A DNA stretch of 64,000 nt from a virus (lineage: Duplodnaviria; Caudoviricetes), in IMG/VR virus record IMGVR_UViG_2939702853_000005, positions 9,323 to 73,322 of that record, one strand, 5' to 3'. Below the pieces are notes generated by a model. The model saw only the letters and a list, made by a program, of their open reading frames with translations, searched no databases and was not told the origin of the DNA. Position numbers and translations under genes: made by a program. How positions within the stretch are numbered: the first letter of the stretch is position 1; the number at the start of each line of letters is the position of its first letter. This document shows positions 29,686 through 39,638 of the stretch, in pieces.

Positions 29686-30682
29686 CTTTTTCTCCTTTGA
29701 AAAATTCCTTAATAGCGCCGTTAATGATTTCAAATCTATCATCCCATGAATTGTATTTAGCCATTTCTTTGGCTTTATTTTTGTAGTCATTACACTTAGA
29801 TACTTTAATTGCTTTATGAATATTTTTTATGAATTCTTTGTGGTTTCTGCTTACAAATACTACATCTTTATAATCATCCATTTCAGGAATATCGGTTGCT
29901 ACTACTGGAGTGCCATGAGCAAGTGATTCATAAACTTTCAAAGGATTACTGAAGTCACTGATTTGACAGCGTTGAAACGGGAGAAGGGTAACATCTGCGT
30001 GATGATAATAAGCTTGAAGTTCTTGGTATCCTTTTGAACCCAAATAATGAACCCCTTTAGGCATTTCTTTAATACCCCAAGGAAGTCCAACAACCAAAAC
30101 TTGATATTTCTTCGCTATTTTCTCCATAAGCAATAGGTCGCACCAATTCGACGTGAGCGCACCTGAGAATAATACGATAGGCTTATTTCTTTTATTGAAT
30201 GGAGTCAAGTCTTCAGGAATAGGATAGTCGAGATCTCCTAATTCATTAAAACAAGCATTTCGAACCAAGTGTACATTTTTATGTTGCTTACTTCTTAGTT
30301 CTAGCAGAGGTTTAGAAGCAGCCAATAAAATATCTGCCTTACTTATCATGTTTACTTCTTCATGTTCGTTTTCTGGGAAATTGTCCAGAGAATCGTAAAT
30401 AACTAAATCGGCTTCAATACTCTCTAAATCCATATGACGCATAGCCCAAGAAGAAAAATATATGTCAACTTTAGGATTTCTCTTTAAAAAGACTTCCCAG
30501 TTATGATAAACCTCAAGTGTATCAGAGATGCGATCACGCACTTTGTCTGTTCGTTGAGTGTAATTAACCCAATAGACCATGTACCCATTTTCAGAAAAAT
30601 ACTTCATAAGATGATGCGGTCGCTGTTGTAATGGCTGATCGAAGTCAATAGTATTGGCATAAACAATCGTTTTTTGTTTCAT
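29648..30682 (-). CDS. Glycosyltransferase, GT4/TuaH-like (GT-B)
   Basis: QRPHHLM; YDSLD; SNPLKVYESLAHGTPVVAT; NSWDDR. Confidence 0.88.
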   Translation of the reverse strand: MKQKTIVYANTIDFDQPLQQRPHHLMKYFSENGYMVYWVNYTQRTDKVRDRISDTLEVYHNWEVFLKRNPKVDIYFSSWAMRHMDLESIEADLVIYDSLDNFPENEHEEVNMISKADILLAASKPLLELRSKQHKNVHLVRNACFNELGDLDYPIPEDLTPFNKRNKPIVLFSGALTSNWCDLLLMEKIAKKYQVLVVGLPWGIKEMPKGVHYLGSKGYQELQAYYHHADVTLLPFQRCQISDFSNPLKVYESLAHGTPVVATDIPEMDDYKDVVFVSRNHKEFIKNIHKAIKVSKCNDYKNKAKEMAKYNSWDDRFEIINGAIKEFFKGEKDEKSSTFDNAIL

Positions 30683-31441
30683 TTAGTTCTCCCTAAGATA
30701 TCTTTCTAAATAATCTTGTGACATAATATGATGCGAGAACACGCCTAAATCACAGTAAAGCTCAAACCCTTTGTCTTGAGCCATCTTGCAAAAATATGCG
30801 TCCTCTCCTTGTGGATGAAATCCGTATTTTACTGATTTATAAACTTTGCGACTTAACATGATAATTGCTCCCGTAAGATCAACCTGTATAAGAACAGAAG
30901 ATGGGAGGAAGGGTGCATTTTTCACTTGATTATTTACAATATGTTCAAAGTAACCCTTGGTATTAATCTTCATGATGTTAGGAAATAAATATGGTTTATC
31001 AGGATTAGAGATATAGCCGTTCCAAATTAATCCCGACACAATATCTCGTTTATGCTTGAGTAGATTATTAATGATATCAGGTTGAACGAGGATATCCGTG
31101 TCTATAAACATCAGATGATCAGTTTTAGTCTTTGACATGATATAATTCCGTAATTTACTCAAATGAGTATATATATAATTGTTTCTTACATTTAAATCTC
31201 TTTTATCTACTGGTGCATTGCGATTATATACATCAATTCGTATATTTTTATATGTATGTTTATTTTCTTTTTTGAAACTATTCAAAATATCCAACGAAAT
31301 ATCTTCAGAATCGTTTACTACGAATAATAATTCCATCTTTGCTTTTGGATAATCAATGTCCAGAATATGTTGTAAATAAGAAGGAAGAATCCAAGCTCTA
31401 TTTCTAATTGGTGCAGCTATTGTGACTGTTGACGTATTCAA
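30683..31441 (-). CDS. Glycosyltransferase family 2 (GT-A)
   Basis: VTIAAPIRNR..., VVNDSED, DxD motif FIDTD, GEDAYFC. Confidence 0.9.
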   Translation of the reverse strand: MNTSTVTIAAPIRNRAWILPSYLQHILDIDYPKAKMELLFVVNDSEDISLDILNSFKKENKHTYKNIRIDVYNRNAPVDKRDLNVRNNYIYTHLSKLRNYIMSKTKTDHLMFIDTDILVQPDIINNLLKHKRDIVSGLIWNGYISNPDKPYLFPNIMKINTKGYFEHIVNNQVKNAPFLPSSVLIQVDLTGAIIMLSRKVYKSVKYGFHPQGEDAYFCKMAQDKGFELYCDLGVFSHHIMSQDYLERYLREN

Positions 31442-31460
31442 AACTTTCTCCTTTTATGGC

Positions 31461-31488
31461 ATAGCCAAGTCCCGAAGGACTCAGCTAT
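31461..31488 (-). other. Stable cUUCGg hairpin between tail tube and GT genes, without U-tract
   Basis: Minus strand ATAGCTGAGTCC-TTCG-GGACTTGGCTAT. Confidence 0.55.
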
Positions 31489-31499
31489 AATTTTATTGT

Positions 31500-32297
31500 T
31501 TAAATCATTTCATTTGCATCATAAATGGTCATAGTATAAAGCTGTGTGCTATTTTGTGGTTTTAGAATTTCCAAAGGAATGTCAAATACCGAAGGATCGC
31601 CACCGGCAGCCATATCAATTTTCCATCCATCTTCCATTTTGGCATTTGTGATATCAATCTGAGCCGCATAATCCTGTTTATCTCCAACTGCTCGAACAAT
31701 GACATCAAGTATAACTCTATATGTTCCAGCAAACTTATCAGAAGAGACGGTAATAGTTTTCGCAGATGCACCTGATTGAGTTTTGTAGTATGCAACGATT
31801 TCTGTGTTATCTTCAAACTCTCCATCGGAAAAGGTCAATTCTTTACCAGTAATGGAATATGTGCCTTTACTCAAGGCTCCCACAGCGAATTCAATCTCTT
31901 TTTCGTGAACACCTTCATTTGAAAGCAGATATACGCTATTCAATCCTTCGACTGGAGTCGCTGGAGTATAGTTAAGTGTAGCTTTATTATTAACGATTTT
32001 AATTTCATCACGTTGAATAATTGGTGCTACACCTTTTTGGATATCATTTCCTGTCATCATCGCAATTACTTCATTTGTAAATACTGCATCTTGCAAAGGA
32101 ACCTTTGCGCCTCTGTTACCAGAAAACCCAACAATTTTGTTGTTTCCTTCGCCACCTTGGGCATAGACAGTATCTGCTGAATTCTCAATTCCAGAAGTCT
32201 TTAAATTTTTAAGTTGAACTTTTGCTTTACCCGTTTTCAGGTCGTAAAATGTAGCTTTGGCAACTGCTCGAATTGCCCAAATATCTGGCGTTGACAT
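31500..32297 (-). CDS. Major tail tube protein (YomU-like)
   Basis: LKTSGIENSADTVYAQGG.GN, ITVSSDKFAGTYRV...D, W..DMAAGGDPSVFD; position after head-tail genes. Confidence 0.8.
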   Translation of the reverse strand: MSTPDIWAIRAVAKATFYDLKTGKAKVQLKNLKTSGIENSADTVYAQGGEGNNKIVGFSGNRGAKVPLQDAVFTNEVIAMMTGNDIQKGVAPIIQRDEIKIVNNKATLNYTPATPVEGLNSVYLLSNEGVHEKEIEFAVGALSKGTYSITGKELTFSDGEFEDNTEIVAYYKTQSGASAKTITVSSDKFAGTYRVILDVIVRAVGDKQDYAAQIDITNAKMEDGWKIDMAAGGDPSVFDIPLEILKPQNSTQLYTMTIYDANEMI

Positions 32298-32321
32298 TTT
32301 TAAATCTCTCCTATGTATAAG

Positions 32322-33038
32322 CTATTGTTTTAATTTGTTTGCCCAATGAATATCAGACAATTTAATATTTTTACCGTCTATTGTTCCTGCATAGAGTGCG
32401 GTAATGGTATGACGGTAGTTGTCAATACTATTTGTGACATACAATCCATTGTAAATTTGATAAATATTTAACTTAAATAAATCAAAAAGGCTTAACCCAT
32501 TGTTTTTCCAAGCTAAACCAGCGACGATACTATGCAAATCTACTTTTTCTTTTGGTTTTGGTCTCTTAGCATCTTCTTTTAACATTTCTTCTATCATTTT
32601 GGCTGCTCGTGAATTTGCTGGATTGAACTCAGGCTCATTCTGTATTTCAACGTTATTCCCAAGTTTAATAACCGTTTGTATAGTGTCAAAATTGTTGTGG
32701 TTTATCTGTCCTTGACCAATCCCAATAAATACATTATCTTCACCTTCTAGTAAAATAGCTTTCTCACCGAAAAATAATTCAATGGCTGCAAAAGCGTGGT
32801 ATTTAAACATCTCATCTTGATAGCAATATGCAAAGAAAATATCGAAGTTGGAAAGTGGTTTCGCCCAATCGCTTCTAATTGTTTCTTTGTCAATCAACAT
32901 AGCAGCCAGATAAGCATTGTAAACTGACATATTTAACTCGGTTATTGTTTGGAGAGTAGGGATAGTTAACGTTCCAGCTTGGTCAATTTGGATAGGTAGG
33001 CCACCAAGTAATTTAAAATGTATATCTAGTTCATCCAA
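32322..33038 (-). CDS. Tail-associated protein (YomV-like)
   Basis: SPbeta-like synteny; LNIYQ..N...YAG motif. Confidence 0.55.
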   Translation of the reverse strand: MDELDIHFKLLGGLPIQIDQAGTLTIPTLQTITELNMSVYNAYLAAMLIDKETIRSDWAKPLSNFDIFFAYCYQDEMFKYHAFAAIELFFGEKAILLEGEDNVFIGIGQGQINHNNFDTIQTVIKLGNNVEIQNEPEFNPANSRAAKMIEEMLKEDAKRPKPKEKVDLHSIVAGLAWKNNGLSLFDLFKLNIYQIYNGLYVTNSIDNYRHTITALYAGTIDGKNIKLSDIHWANKLKQ

Positions 33039-33047
33039 ATAACCACC

Positions 33048-33521
33048 TCAATTAAAATCCCAAAGTTTATATTGTATATAAAAGCCCACATACTTTTCAT
33101 TCACAAACATCTCGTCCATTCGATAAAACTGCAACTTACCGATGCCGAGATTTTCGTTCTCATTAAATAAATCATCTATGTAGGCCAATATATGATCATA
33201 TCTTAAAACCTCATAATCAGTAAGAATCAAATCTTTGTGTACTAGTACTTGAAAATGAAGTAATCCCGACTTGAACTGTGAGCCAGCAGGTCGATAATCC
33301 TTAAAAGAGAATGTTACATAAGCTGAAGCTGAGTCGGCTAATGTGGGAACATGATTAAAGGGGAAAATATTCTTATTGATCAGCTCCGAGGGATCTTCGA
33401 TATCTGGTTGTTCAAAATAGTTACTTTGTTCGCACCAAACAGATTTGCAAAGTTCCTGTGAACTAAGTAAATGATTCAGTACGATCATGCGATTTTTACC
33501 CAATTCCTCAAGTCTGGACAT
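33048..33521 (-). CDS. Tail terminator/completion protein (putative)
   Basis: Synteny; RYDHIL..IDDLFN..LGIGKL motif. Confidence 0.5.
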   Translation of the reverse strand: MSRLEELGKNRMIVLNHLLSSQELCKSVWCEQSNYFEQPDIEDPSELINKNIFPFNHVPTLADSASAYVTFSFKDYRPAGSQFKSGLLHFQVLVHKDLILTDYEVLRYDHILAYIDDLFNENENLGIGKLQFYRMDEMFVNEKYVGFYIQYKLWDFN

Positions 33522-33522
33522 G

Positions 33523-34032
33523 TTAGTTCACAATAAAATCTCTGGTCAGTACATATTCCAGAAAACCACTAGTGTTCATATCCCTTGTATCATCAAATGT
33601 AGCGACGACCTTATCTACCTGATCTAGTGTGAGTGGAGTGGTACGATGTATTTCTTCGCCAAGACTATTTCGAACTTTGACCTTATAGTAGTTACCGTTT
33701 GGTTGCAGATTACCCAATTCATACGTCAAAGCAATACATTTTAAAGCTTCAAGTGCAGAACCTTTATCTATGTGAGTTTCTTTGGCGAATGCCAATTTAA
33801 ACTTATTGTCTGTAGCAATCGAATAAGCGTATTTGAATTGTGGGTTAATAGCTACATCCAGATCAGCATCAATGATTTCAACTGTGGGTGTTGCACTGAT
33901 AATTACAGAATTATCAATCCCAGATGAGTGCTGAATAGAGTAGGGAAGGGGGGAGAAGATGAGCCAATTATTTGTAGCTCCTTGAACAAATTGCTCAAGT
34001 TTAAGTTCTCCAAAACGGATGATGGCCTGCAT
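33523..34032 (-). CDS. Hypothetical virion protein
   Basis: 169 aa, tightly packed in head-tail block. Confidence 0.55.
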   Translation of the reverse strand: MQAIIRFGELKLEQFVQGATNNWLIFSPLPYSIQHSSGIDNSVIISATPTVEIIDADLDVAINPQFKYAYSIATDNKFKLAFAKETHIDKGSALEALKCIALTYELGNLQPNGNYYKVKVRNSLGEEIHRTTPLTLDQVDKVVATFDDTRDMNTSGFLEYVLTRDFIVN

Positions 34033-34043
34033 GGATACACTCC

Positions 34044-35249
34044 TTATAGTAATGATTTGATTTCAATTTCTTTTGATGCACAAGCTAATCTGGTAGAGTT
34101 TTCAACATGCAAAATTACTCTTCCTTTTTTGTTATTAGCTTTAATTTTACAAACCTGTCCGTCTTGTTCGATTAAGGTAGCTAAACTGGTAGGAGTTACA
34201 CTGTCTTCTTCAGTTAACCAAAAATGAGCCTTGTCTTGTCGATCAACCCCATTATCTTTAAACGAGCAAGCAAAGGATTTAGTCATGTTGTATTTAATGA
34301 AGTCGTCGCCTGAAATGTGGGCAGTGTAATTATTTGTAGTAGAGGACGTTATGTTTACTTGAATGGTTTGCGATATATTTCTAAATGAAATGGTTATTTT
34401 ACTTGTTCCTTTTTTAAGAGGAGTTACTAAACCAGTAGGAGAGACAGATACAATAGTTTCGTCATCAACAGAATATATAATTTTATCATCGATTTCTATT
34501 ACCTTTGAATTATTGGTTAGTTCGATGTTCAATTGCAGAGCTTGATTTTCTTCAATCGCAACAACATCTTTAACATTCAAAACATTCAGTTGGTAGTCAG
34601 CGATACTACCATTGTAATCGGCAATCTCAAGTTCTAAATTATCAGCAGGAATTATATCTTGCTCTTCAAGAGTCAAGTTTATTAATCCATCGATTAGACG
34701 ATTAATCCCCACAGTCTTCCAAGCACGACCATCAATAATAAACCTTCTATTTTTCTTTATTTTTTCGGTCTGATTATTTTTTTGAACTGTTATTTGTCGT
34801 CTCTCATTTGGCATCATTAAGATTCGACCTTCCTGAATACCAAAGTTAGACGATGTATCGGTTTTGAAGGAGAGTGGAGTTTCTTGTATTTCACCTTGAC
34901 CATCCAACCACTTAAGAGTTGAATAACAAATTAGAATTACACCACGATGATATATTTCCATATCATCAACATGGTTGCATAACCAAGTCTTATCCCTCCA
35001 TATAACCAAATCGCCCATTTTCAACGGATAATTCAATGCAACAATATTTTTTTGTTCTCGAACATCTCCATCATCGGTAATCCAAACTTCTTGATTTGAT
35101 TCTCCATTGATATTCACTTGAAAATAATTAGGAAATTGCGAAAACGTTGAACTCATAACTTGTTTCGTATGAATGATGTTTCTGTCTCTGACATTTGTTT
35201 TACAGTTAGAAAGATATGACTTATATGCCTTATATGCCTTGTATCTCAC
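34044..35249 (-). CDS. Head-tail adaptor/stopper with Ig-like (Big_2) domain
   Basis: YSVDDETIVSVSPTGLVTPLKKGTSKITIS Ig-like repeat. Confidence 0.65.
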   Translation of the reverse strand: MRYKAYKAYKSYLSNCKTNVRDRNIIHTKQVMSSTFSQFPNYFQVNINGESNQEVWITDDGDVREQKNIVALNYPLKMGDLVIWRDKTWLCNHVDDMEIYHRGVILICYSTLKWLDGQGEIQETPLSFKTDTSSNFGIQEGRILMMPNERRQITVQKNNQTEKIKKNRRFIIDGRAWKTVGINRLIDGLINLTLEEQDIIPADNLELEIADYNGSIADYQLNVLNVKDVVAIEENQALQLNIELTNNSKVIEIDDKIIYSVDDETIVSVSPTGLVTPLKKGTSKITISFRNISQTIQVNITSSTTNNYTAHISGDDFIKYNMTKSFACSFKDNGVDRQDKAHFWLTEEDSVTPTSLATLIEQDGQVCKIKANNKKGRVILHVENSTRLACASKEIEIKSLL

Positions 35250-35250
35250 A

Positions 35251-35676
35251 CTAATTCACGCTCATATTTTTTAAATAGTATTGCATCATCAGCGAATCGG
35301 CACGTTCAATAGCTTTGTCCCGTAATACAGCTTTTTCTTTAAAGTTCTGAGATTCGCTATACCTTTTCCAGTCTGATGATGAAATCGCCAATCTCATATC
35401 AAGAATATTATTTACCTCTTTTTCAAACCATTCACCAAGCATAAGTTGCGACAGAATTTCTTGCTCTAATTCGGTTAAATCAGCAGTAAAGTTTTTATTT
35501 TCTTCATCTCTGTCAGACAGATCGCTTTTACAGTAGCTGAACTTAACCAAGCCTGATTTAAGAAATCCTGTAAGATAATCTTCGTAATCTTCAATTGAGC
35601 GTAGAAACATTTCATCAATAGTATAATCTTGAATTTTACTTTGAAATCTTTCGAATATTTTTGAATATGGGGTCAT
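35251..35676 (-). CDS. Head-tail connector (YomZ-like)
   Basis: TPYSKIFERFQSKIQDY...LTELEQEILSQLM...SSSDWKRYSES pattern. Confidence 0.65.
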   Translation of the reverse strand: MTPYSKIFERFQSKIQDYTIDEMFLRSIEDYEDYLTGFLKSGLVKFSYCKSDLSDRDEENKNFTADLTELEQEILSQLMLGEWFEKEVNNILDMRLAISSSDWKRYSESQNFKEKAVLRDKAIERADSLMMQYYLKNMSVN

Positions 35677-35689
35677 AATTAATCCCCCT

Positions 35690-36376
35690 TTATGCGTTAT
35701 TCTTTACTTTAGCCAGTTCATACAAATCTTGTTTGACCAATTTACCAATAGCATCAATCTTATATCTGTCTTGAAATTTATTATCATTAGTCGCAATGCC
35801 AACCACAATTCTTTCGATGATATTTTCTTTTAACGTTGGAGATACAGAATTCAAAGTATCAATAATTTCATCAATATCAAGAGAGATAATGTTATCAATT
35901 GTTTCACGACTCACAAATTTTTGATAAACATCGTCGAGATACAAAGCTTTAACTGCTTTTTCACTTTGAATGAGAAATGCTCCTTCGTGAGCAAACTTAG
36001 TATGGTTGTCTACAATTGCTCGAACATCTTCAAAGGTAATCGTCTTAGAGCTACCGAAATCGTTAAATCTGATGGTAGATGTAGTGCCTGTAAGATTCAG
36101 ACCTCCATTAGTCAGAGAGACCACCCTGATATATTCACGAGGATCAATATCCAATTTATCCTCAACAGATTCAAACAGAGAATTAACTTTTTTAGCTTCT
36201 GTTTTGATTTCCTCATGAGAAGTTTCAATTTTTTTATTTTTCTCCAGTAAGTCTTCAACTAGAGAAGTAAGTTTAGCAACTTGGTCTTCTAAAGCGATTT
36301 CTTTTTCTGTTTTTTGAGAAGGTTCATTATTTGTGTTTTCAGTATTAGTAATCTCCATTTTTTTTGGTGCTGCCAT
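35690..36376 (-). CDS. Head-associated protein (YonA-like)
   Basis: Directly downstream of capsid as in SPbeta. Confidence 0.55.
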   Translation of the reverse strand: MAAPKKMEITNTENTNNEPSQKTEKEIALEDQVAKLTSLVEDLLEKNKKIETSHEEIKTEAKKVNSLFESVEDKLDIDPREYIRVVSLTNGGLNLTGTTSTIRFNDFGSSKTITFEDVRAIVDNHTKFAHEGAFLIQSEKAVKALYLDDVYQKFVSRETIDNIISLDIDEIIDTLNSVSPTLKENIIERIVVGIATNDNKFQDRYKIDAIGKLVKQDLYELAKVKNNA

Positions 36377-36400
36377 CTATATGCCTCCCTATTATTTAAT

Positions 36401-36432
36401 AAAAAAGGTCGATAAGAATATACTTACCGACC
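36401..36432 (-). terminator. Intrinsic terminator after major capsid gene
   Basis: Minus strand GGTCGGTAAG-TATATT-CTTATCGACC-TTTTTT. Confidence 0.65.
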
Positions 36433-36439
36433 AATGATT

Positions 36440-37549
36440 TTATGAGAATTTATACAAACCATAAGCTGCTGCGGTAATCAACTGCACATCGTAATGCTGT
36501 GCAACAGAGTAACCCACAGTACGATCTGCGTTATCTTCTGGTTTGGATTGAGTGATTTCTGTGTTACCTTCGAATCCAATTTTAACAAGCTTATCAGAGC
36601 CAGAAGAGAGTACAACGGCGAAGTCACCGTCAATAGCAAAATCATCGCTATTCGGTTTCAAACGTTGTCCAATTTCAAACAGTTCTGTTCCTTGGAAATT
36701 GCCCAAATGTCCAGTTTTATTAAACTCTTGTCCAAGACCAAATTGAAGGTATTGATTTTCGGGTAGGATACGGGCAAGAGCAGTCTTAGTGCCGAACACT
36801 ACACTCTTATCTGTGTTATTTGCAGCAGAAACACGTTGAACCAGATTGTTGAAAGCTGTAGAAGTAAATGCTGCATTTTCTTTATATTTAGCACCCAGAG
36901 TAGTAAAAGAGTCATAAATAGAAGAGTAGATGCGAGTAGTGATATCTGTTTCAATTGCCTGAGCCACACGTGCAACCCATGCTCCCCAATTTGTTTTTCC
37001 TGCGAGTACTCGGTACAATTCTTCATAAATCTCTACAGTTCTACGTTGAGGTGTAAGCGTTACATCTTTTCCGAACAAACGTTGACGTTGATTGCCGCGT
37101 TGCCCGTTAGCCTTTGTACTAACCACAAACAAATCAGGGCTGTCTACGTGAAACAGAAGTTGATCTCCCCAATTTACATTCTTAACATCAGCAAATTGAT
37201 AAAAACTATCAAGCACTGTTTCAGGGATGACAATATCCAATGTTTGAGCGACCAAGGCAAAAGTAGCCCATTGGACATTTGGATTAGAAGCGATCATACC
37301 TTCAGTAAAATTAGTATCAGATGGAATACCTGCTAGACGGTAAGCCTCTTTTTTCAAGCCTTTGGTAAACAATTCTTGTTTTGCGTCAAGGTTTACACCA
37401 TCATTTGCATACTGAGCATACTTATTAAAACGACCATCTTTGTTGCGGTTTTGATAGCAATAGTGATACCATGCTTCCACCCCAGCTTGTACAACATCTT
37501 TTTCGGTTTGTGACATATTAAAAAACTTAAGATTACTATAGTTTTTCAT
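36440..37549 (-). CDS. Major capsid protein (YonB-like, HK97 fold)
   Basis: 369 aa after decoration and scaffold genes; FADVKNVNWGDQ..F, G.F.GTEL.EI pattern; followed by terminator. Confidence 0.82.
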   Translation of the reverse strand: MKNYSNLKFFNMSQTEKDVVQAGVEAWYHYCYQNRNKDGRFNKYAQYANDGVNLDAKQELFTKGLKKEAYRLAGIPSDTNFTEGMIASNPNVQWATFALVAQTLDIVIPETVLDSFYQFADVKNVNWGDQLLFHVDSPDLFVVSTKANGQRGNQRQRLFGKDVTLTPQRRTVEIYEELYRVLAGKTNWGAWVARVAQAIETDITTRIYSSIYDSFTTLGAKYKENAAFTSTAFNNLVQRVSAANNTDKSVVFGTKTALARILPENQYLQFGLGQEFNKTGHLGNFQGTELFEIGQRLKPNSDDFAIDGDFAVVLSSGSDKLVKIGFEGNTEITQSKPEDNADRTVGYSVAQHYDVQLITAAAYGLYKFS

Positions 37550-37578
37550 ACTAAATTAGTTCCTCCAATTATTATGTA

Positions 37579-38085
37579 TTAGGCTTCTTTAATTACTTGC
37601 AATTTTGTAGCTGGTACACGAGTACGACCAACCGAAATAGTTGTTTTTTCCAAAACTAACAATGCTACTTTTGTTGTTCCAATAGTTGCACTAGCAATGC
37701 CTTTATATTTACCATCTTGTGGAATAACGTATTGATCTACAACAGTTACACCATCAATACCATCGTCAGTAATAGTGAACGTATCACCATTCTTAAGACG
37801 AAATGCACGAGCAGGGGTGTTGGCTTTATTGGTGAATAGAGCAGGGTCACTTACATCAATTCGAAATCCATTAACTTCTGGAATTTCTGGGCTTGCAACC
37901 AACAACACTTCTTGAGCTGTAACATCAGTTGGAGTTGCAGCGATTCGAACTTCTGGATTACCGGGTAACACTCCTTTTAGAACTACAAAACTACCGTTAT
38001 CTACCGCTACAGGTAGTTGCACAGACTGAATAAAGCTGTCTACTTTTGTACCAGCCATCAGATTAAGATTTACAATTGTACTCAT
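37579..38085 (-). CDS. Capsid decoration protein (YonC-like)
   Basis: DNGSFVVLKG...F.NKANTPARAFRL..GD.F pattern; position between scaffold and capsid. Confidence 0.7.
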   Translation of the reverse strand: MSTIVNLNLMAGTKVDSFIQSVQLPVAVDNGSFVVLKGVLPGNPEVRIAATPTDVTAQEVLLVASPEIPEVNGFRIDVSDPALFTNKANTPARAFRLKNGDTFTITDDGIDGVTVVDQYVIPQDGKYKGIASATIGTTKVALLVLEKTTISVGRTRVPATKLQVIKEA

Positions 38086-38112
38086 TTAAAATATTTCCTC
38101 CTATTATTTGGT

Positions 38113-39624
38113 TTATTGAGAAAGTCTATCCCAAACTGTTTTGGGCATTTCTTTATTTTGTTCACTGTCATCTGGAAGCCCCATTGAAATAAAATTAAAA
38201 TTCTTTGACTTTGTAGTTTCGATAATACGATCACATACGTAAGATTTGACTTCCTTTTCAAATTCAGCAAAAGTAGTAAACGTGGAGCGCTTTTCTGTAA
38301 ACTTAGCCTTTTCATCTTCTGTGAGTAGAGTAGGGTAAGAGTTGAATAGTTCATCGATTTTTTCTACATCTTCAGCTTCTTTAAACTTTGAAATTTCTTC
38401 TTGAAGTTCGTTGATTTTCTCATCTTTAGATGTAATTTGAGATTCTACTTCAGTGAATTTCTCTTGAATTTCAGTTAATTTTTGATTCAAAGAAAGAATG
38501 GCTTCATCTTTACCCTCGATTTTTTCAGTAAACTCTGCTACCACAGTTTCTTTCTCAGTTTTTTCTTTGTTCAATACTTCTGTTGCTTTGCTGTTAATTA
38601 AATCAATAGTGGATTTAAAGGTGTTGATCTCGTCATCAGTTTCTTCGCCATCTACCCAATCAACAGGGGAATATTTGATTCTTGACAGAGTGTCGAAATC
38701 AATTACAACGTTGTCTCCTTGCATACTGTAGGATGCTTTTTTATATTTGTATCCGTCTTGTACATCACAAAGATAGATGTAATTTTCATCAAAATCACTG
38801 AGATAGTAAGAACATCTTTCTACAGATTCTCCATACCAGTTCGTACCTATGTATGTCTTTTTACTGAGCGAATTATCAATTTCTTCGTATAATTGATTGG
38901 TAGTCAATTTAAAAAGTGACGCAATTTCTTTTTTATTTTTATGCAATTGAAAATCATCCTCCTTGCTACATTTTGTTTGTGCATCACTGTCCTTGAAATG
39001 ATGCAGAAACGAATTTAATTCTTTTATTTTTTTGTTGAAATCGTCATCCAAAGAAAACTGCTCAATTTTTGCATGAGCGTCAATCATACCAGTACCATAT
39101 TTTTTTCCTAATAGGGTAACGCCAGTATATCTAAAGGATTTGATATCTAAGATTTTTGTCTCTTTGTCATACACAGACTCGTCTATTACAATTTCGATTG
39201 ACAACTTAGTTTCTTCTTGATTGCTGATGATAGTGATTTCATCTTGAGCATACACATTCCATATGTATCCATCTACAACAGCATAATTTCTACCATCTAT
39301 CTCTTCATAATGATAGTTATTATTAACAGCAGAAATTACCCCGATGGGTTTTTCAATGTATGTAATTTTATCTTCAACTTCGTCGTATTCCATTTCATGC
39401 TCACCAAAATCATCACCTTCAATATGGGCAAGTATAGGAATGTTTATTACAGACGATTCTGCGCTCTTTAACACATCAAAATCAATGTTACTTTTATTGT
39501 TATTTACACCGTCATGAGATATCCACATTCTTAATCTTGAAAATCTAGAATCGTTAAGAGGTTCAATTTCATAGTTCTCGACGAATAGAGTAACTTTTTT
39601 TTTCTTATTTTTTATAATTATCAC
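38113..39624 (-). CDS. Prohead protease/scaffold (YonD-like)
   Basis: N-terminal HDGVNNN...SIEI...F.YTGVTLLG protease-like domain; acidic coiled-coil C-terminus. Confidence 0.8.
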   Translation of the reverse strand: MIIIKNKKKKVTLFVENYEIEPLNDSRFSRLRMWISHDGVNNNKSNIDFDVLKSAESSVINIPILAHIEGDDFGEHEMEYDEVEDKITYIEKPIGVISAVNNNYHYEEIDGRNYAVVDGYIWNVYAQDEITIISNQEETKLSIEIVIDESVYDKETKILDIKSFRYTGVTLLGKKYGTGMIDAHAKIEQFSLDDDFNKKIKELNSFLHHFKDSDAQTKCSKEDDFQLHKNKKEIASLFKLTTNQLYEEIDNSLSKKTYIGTNWYGESVERCSYYLSDFDENYIYLCDVQDGYKYKKASYSMQGDNVVIDFDTLSRIKYSPVDWVDGEETDDEINTFKSTIDLINSKATEVLNKEKTEKETVVAEFTEKIEGKDEAILSLNQKLTEIQEKFTEVESQITSKDEKINELQEEISKFKEAEDVEKIDELFNSYPTLLTEDEKAKFTEKRSTFTTFAEFEKEVKSYVCDRIIETTKSKNFNFISMGLPDDSEQNKEMPKTVWDRLSQ

Positions 39625-39638
39625 CTCCTCAAAAGAAT

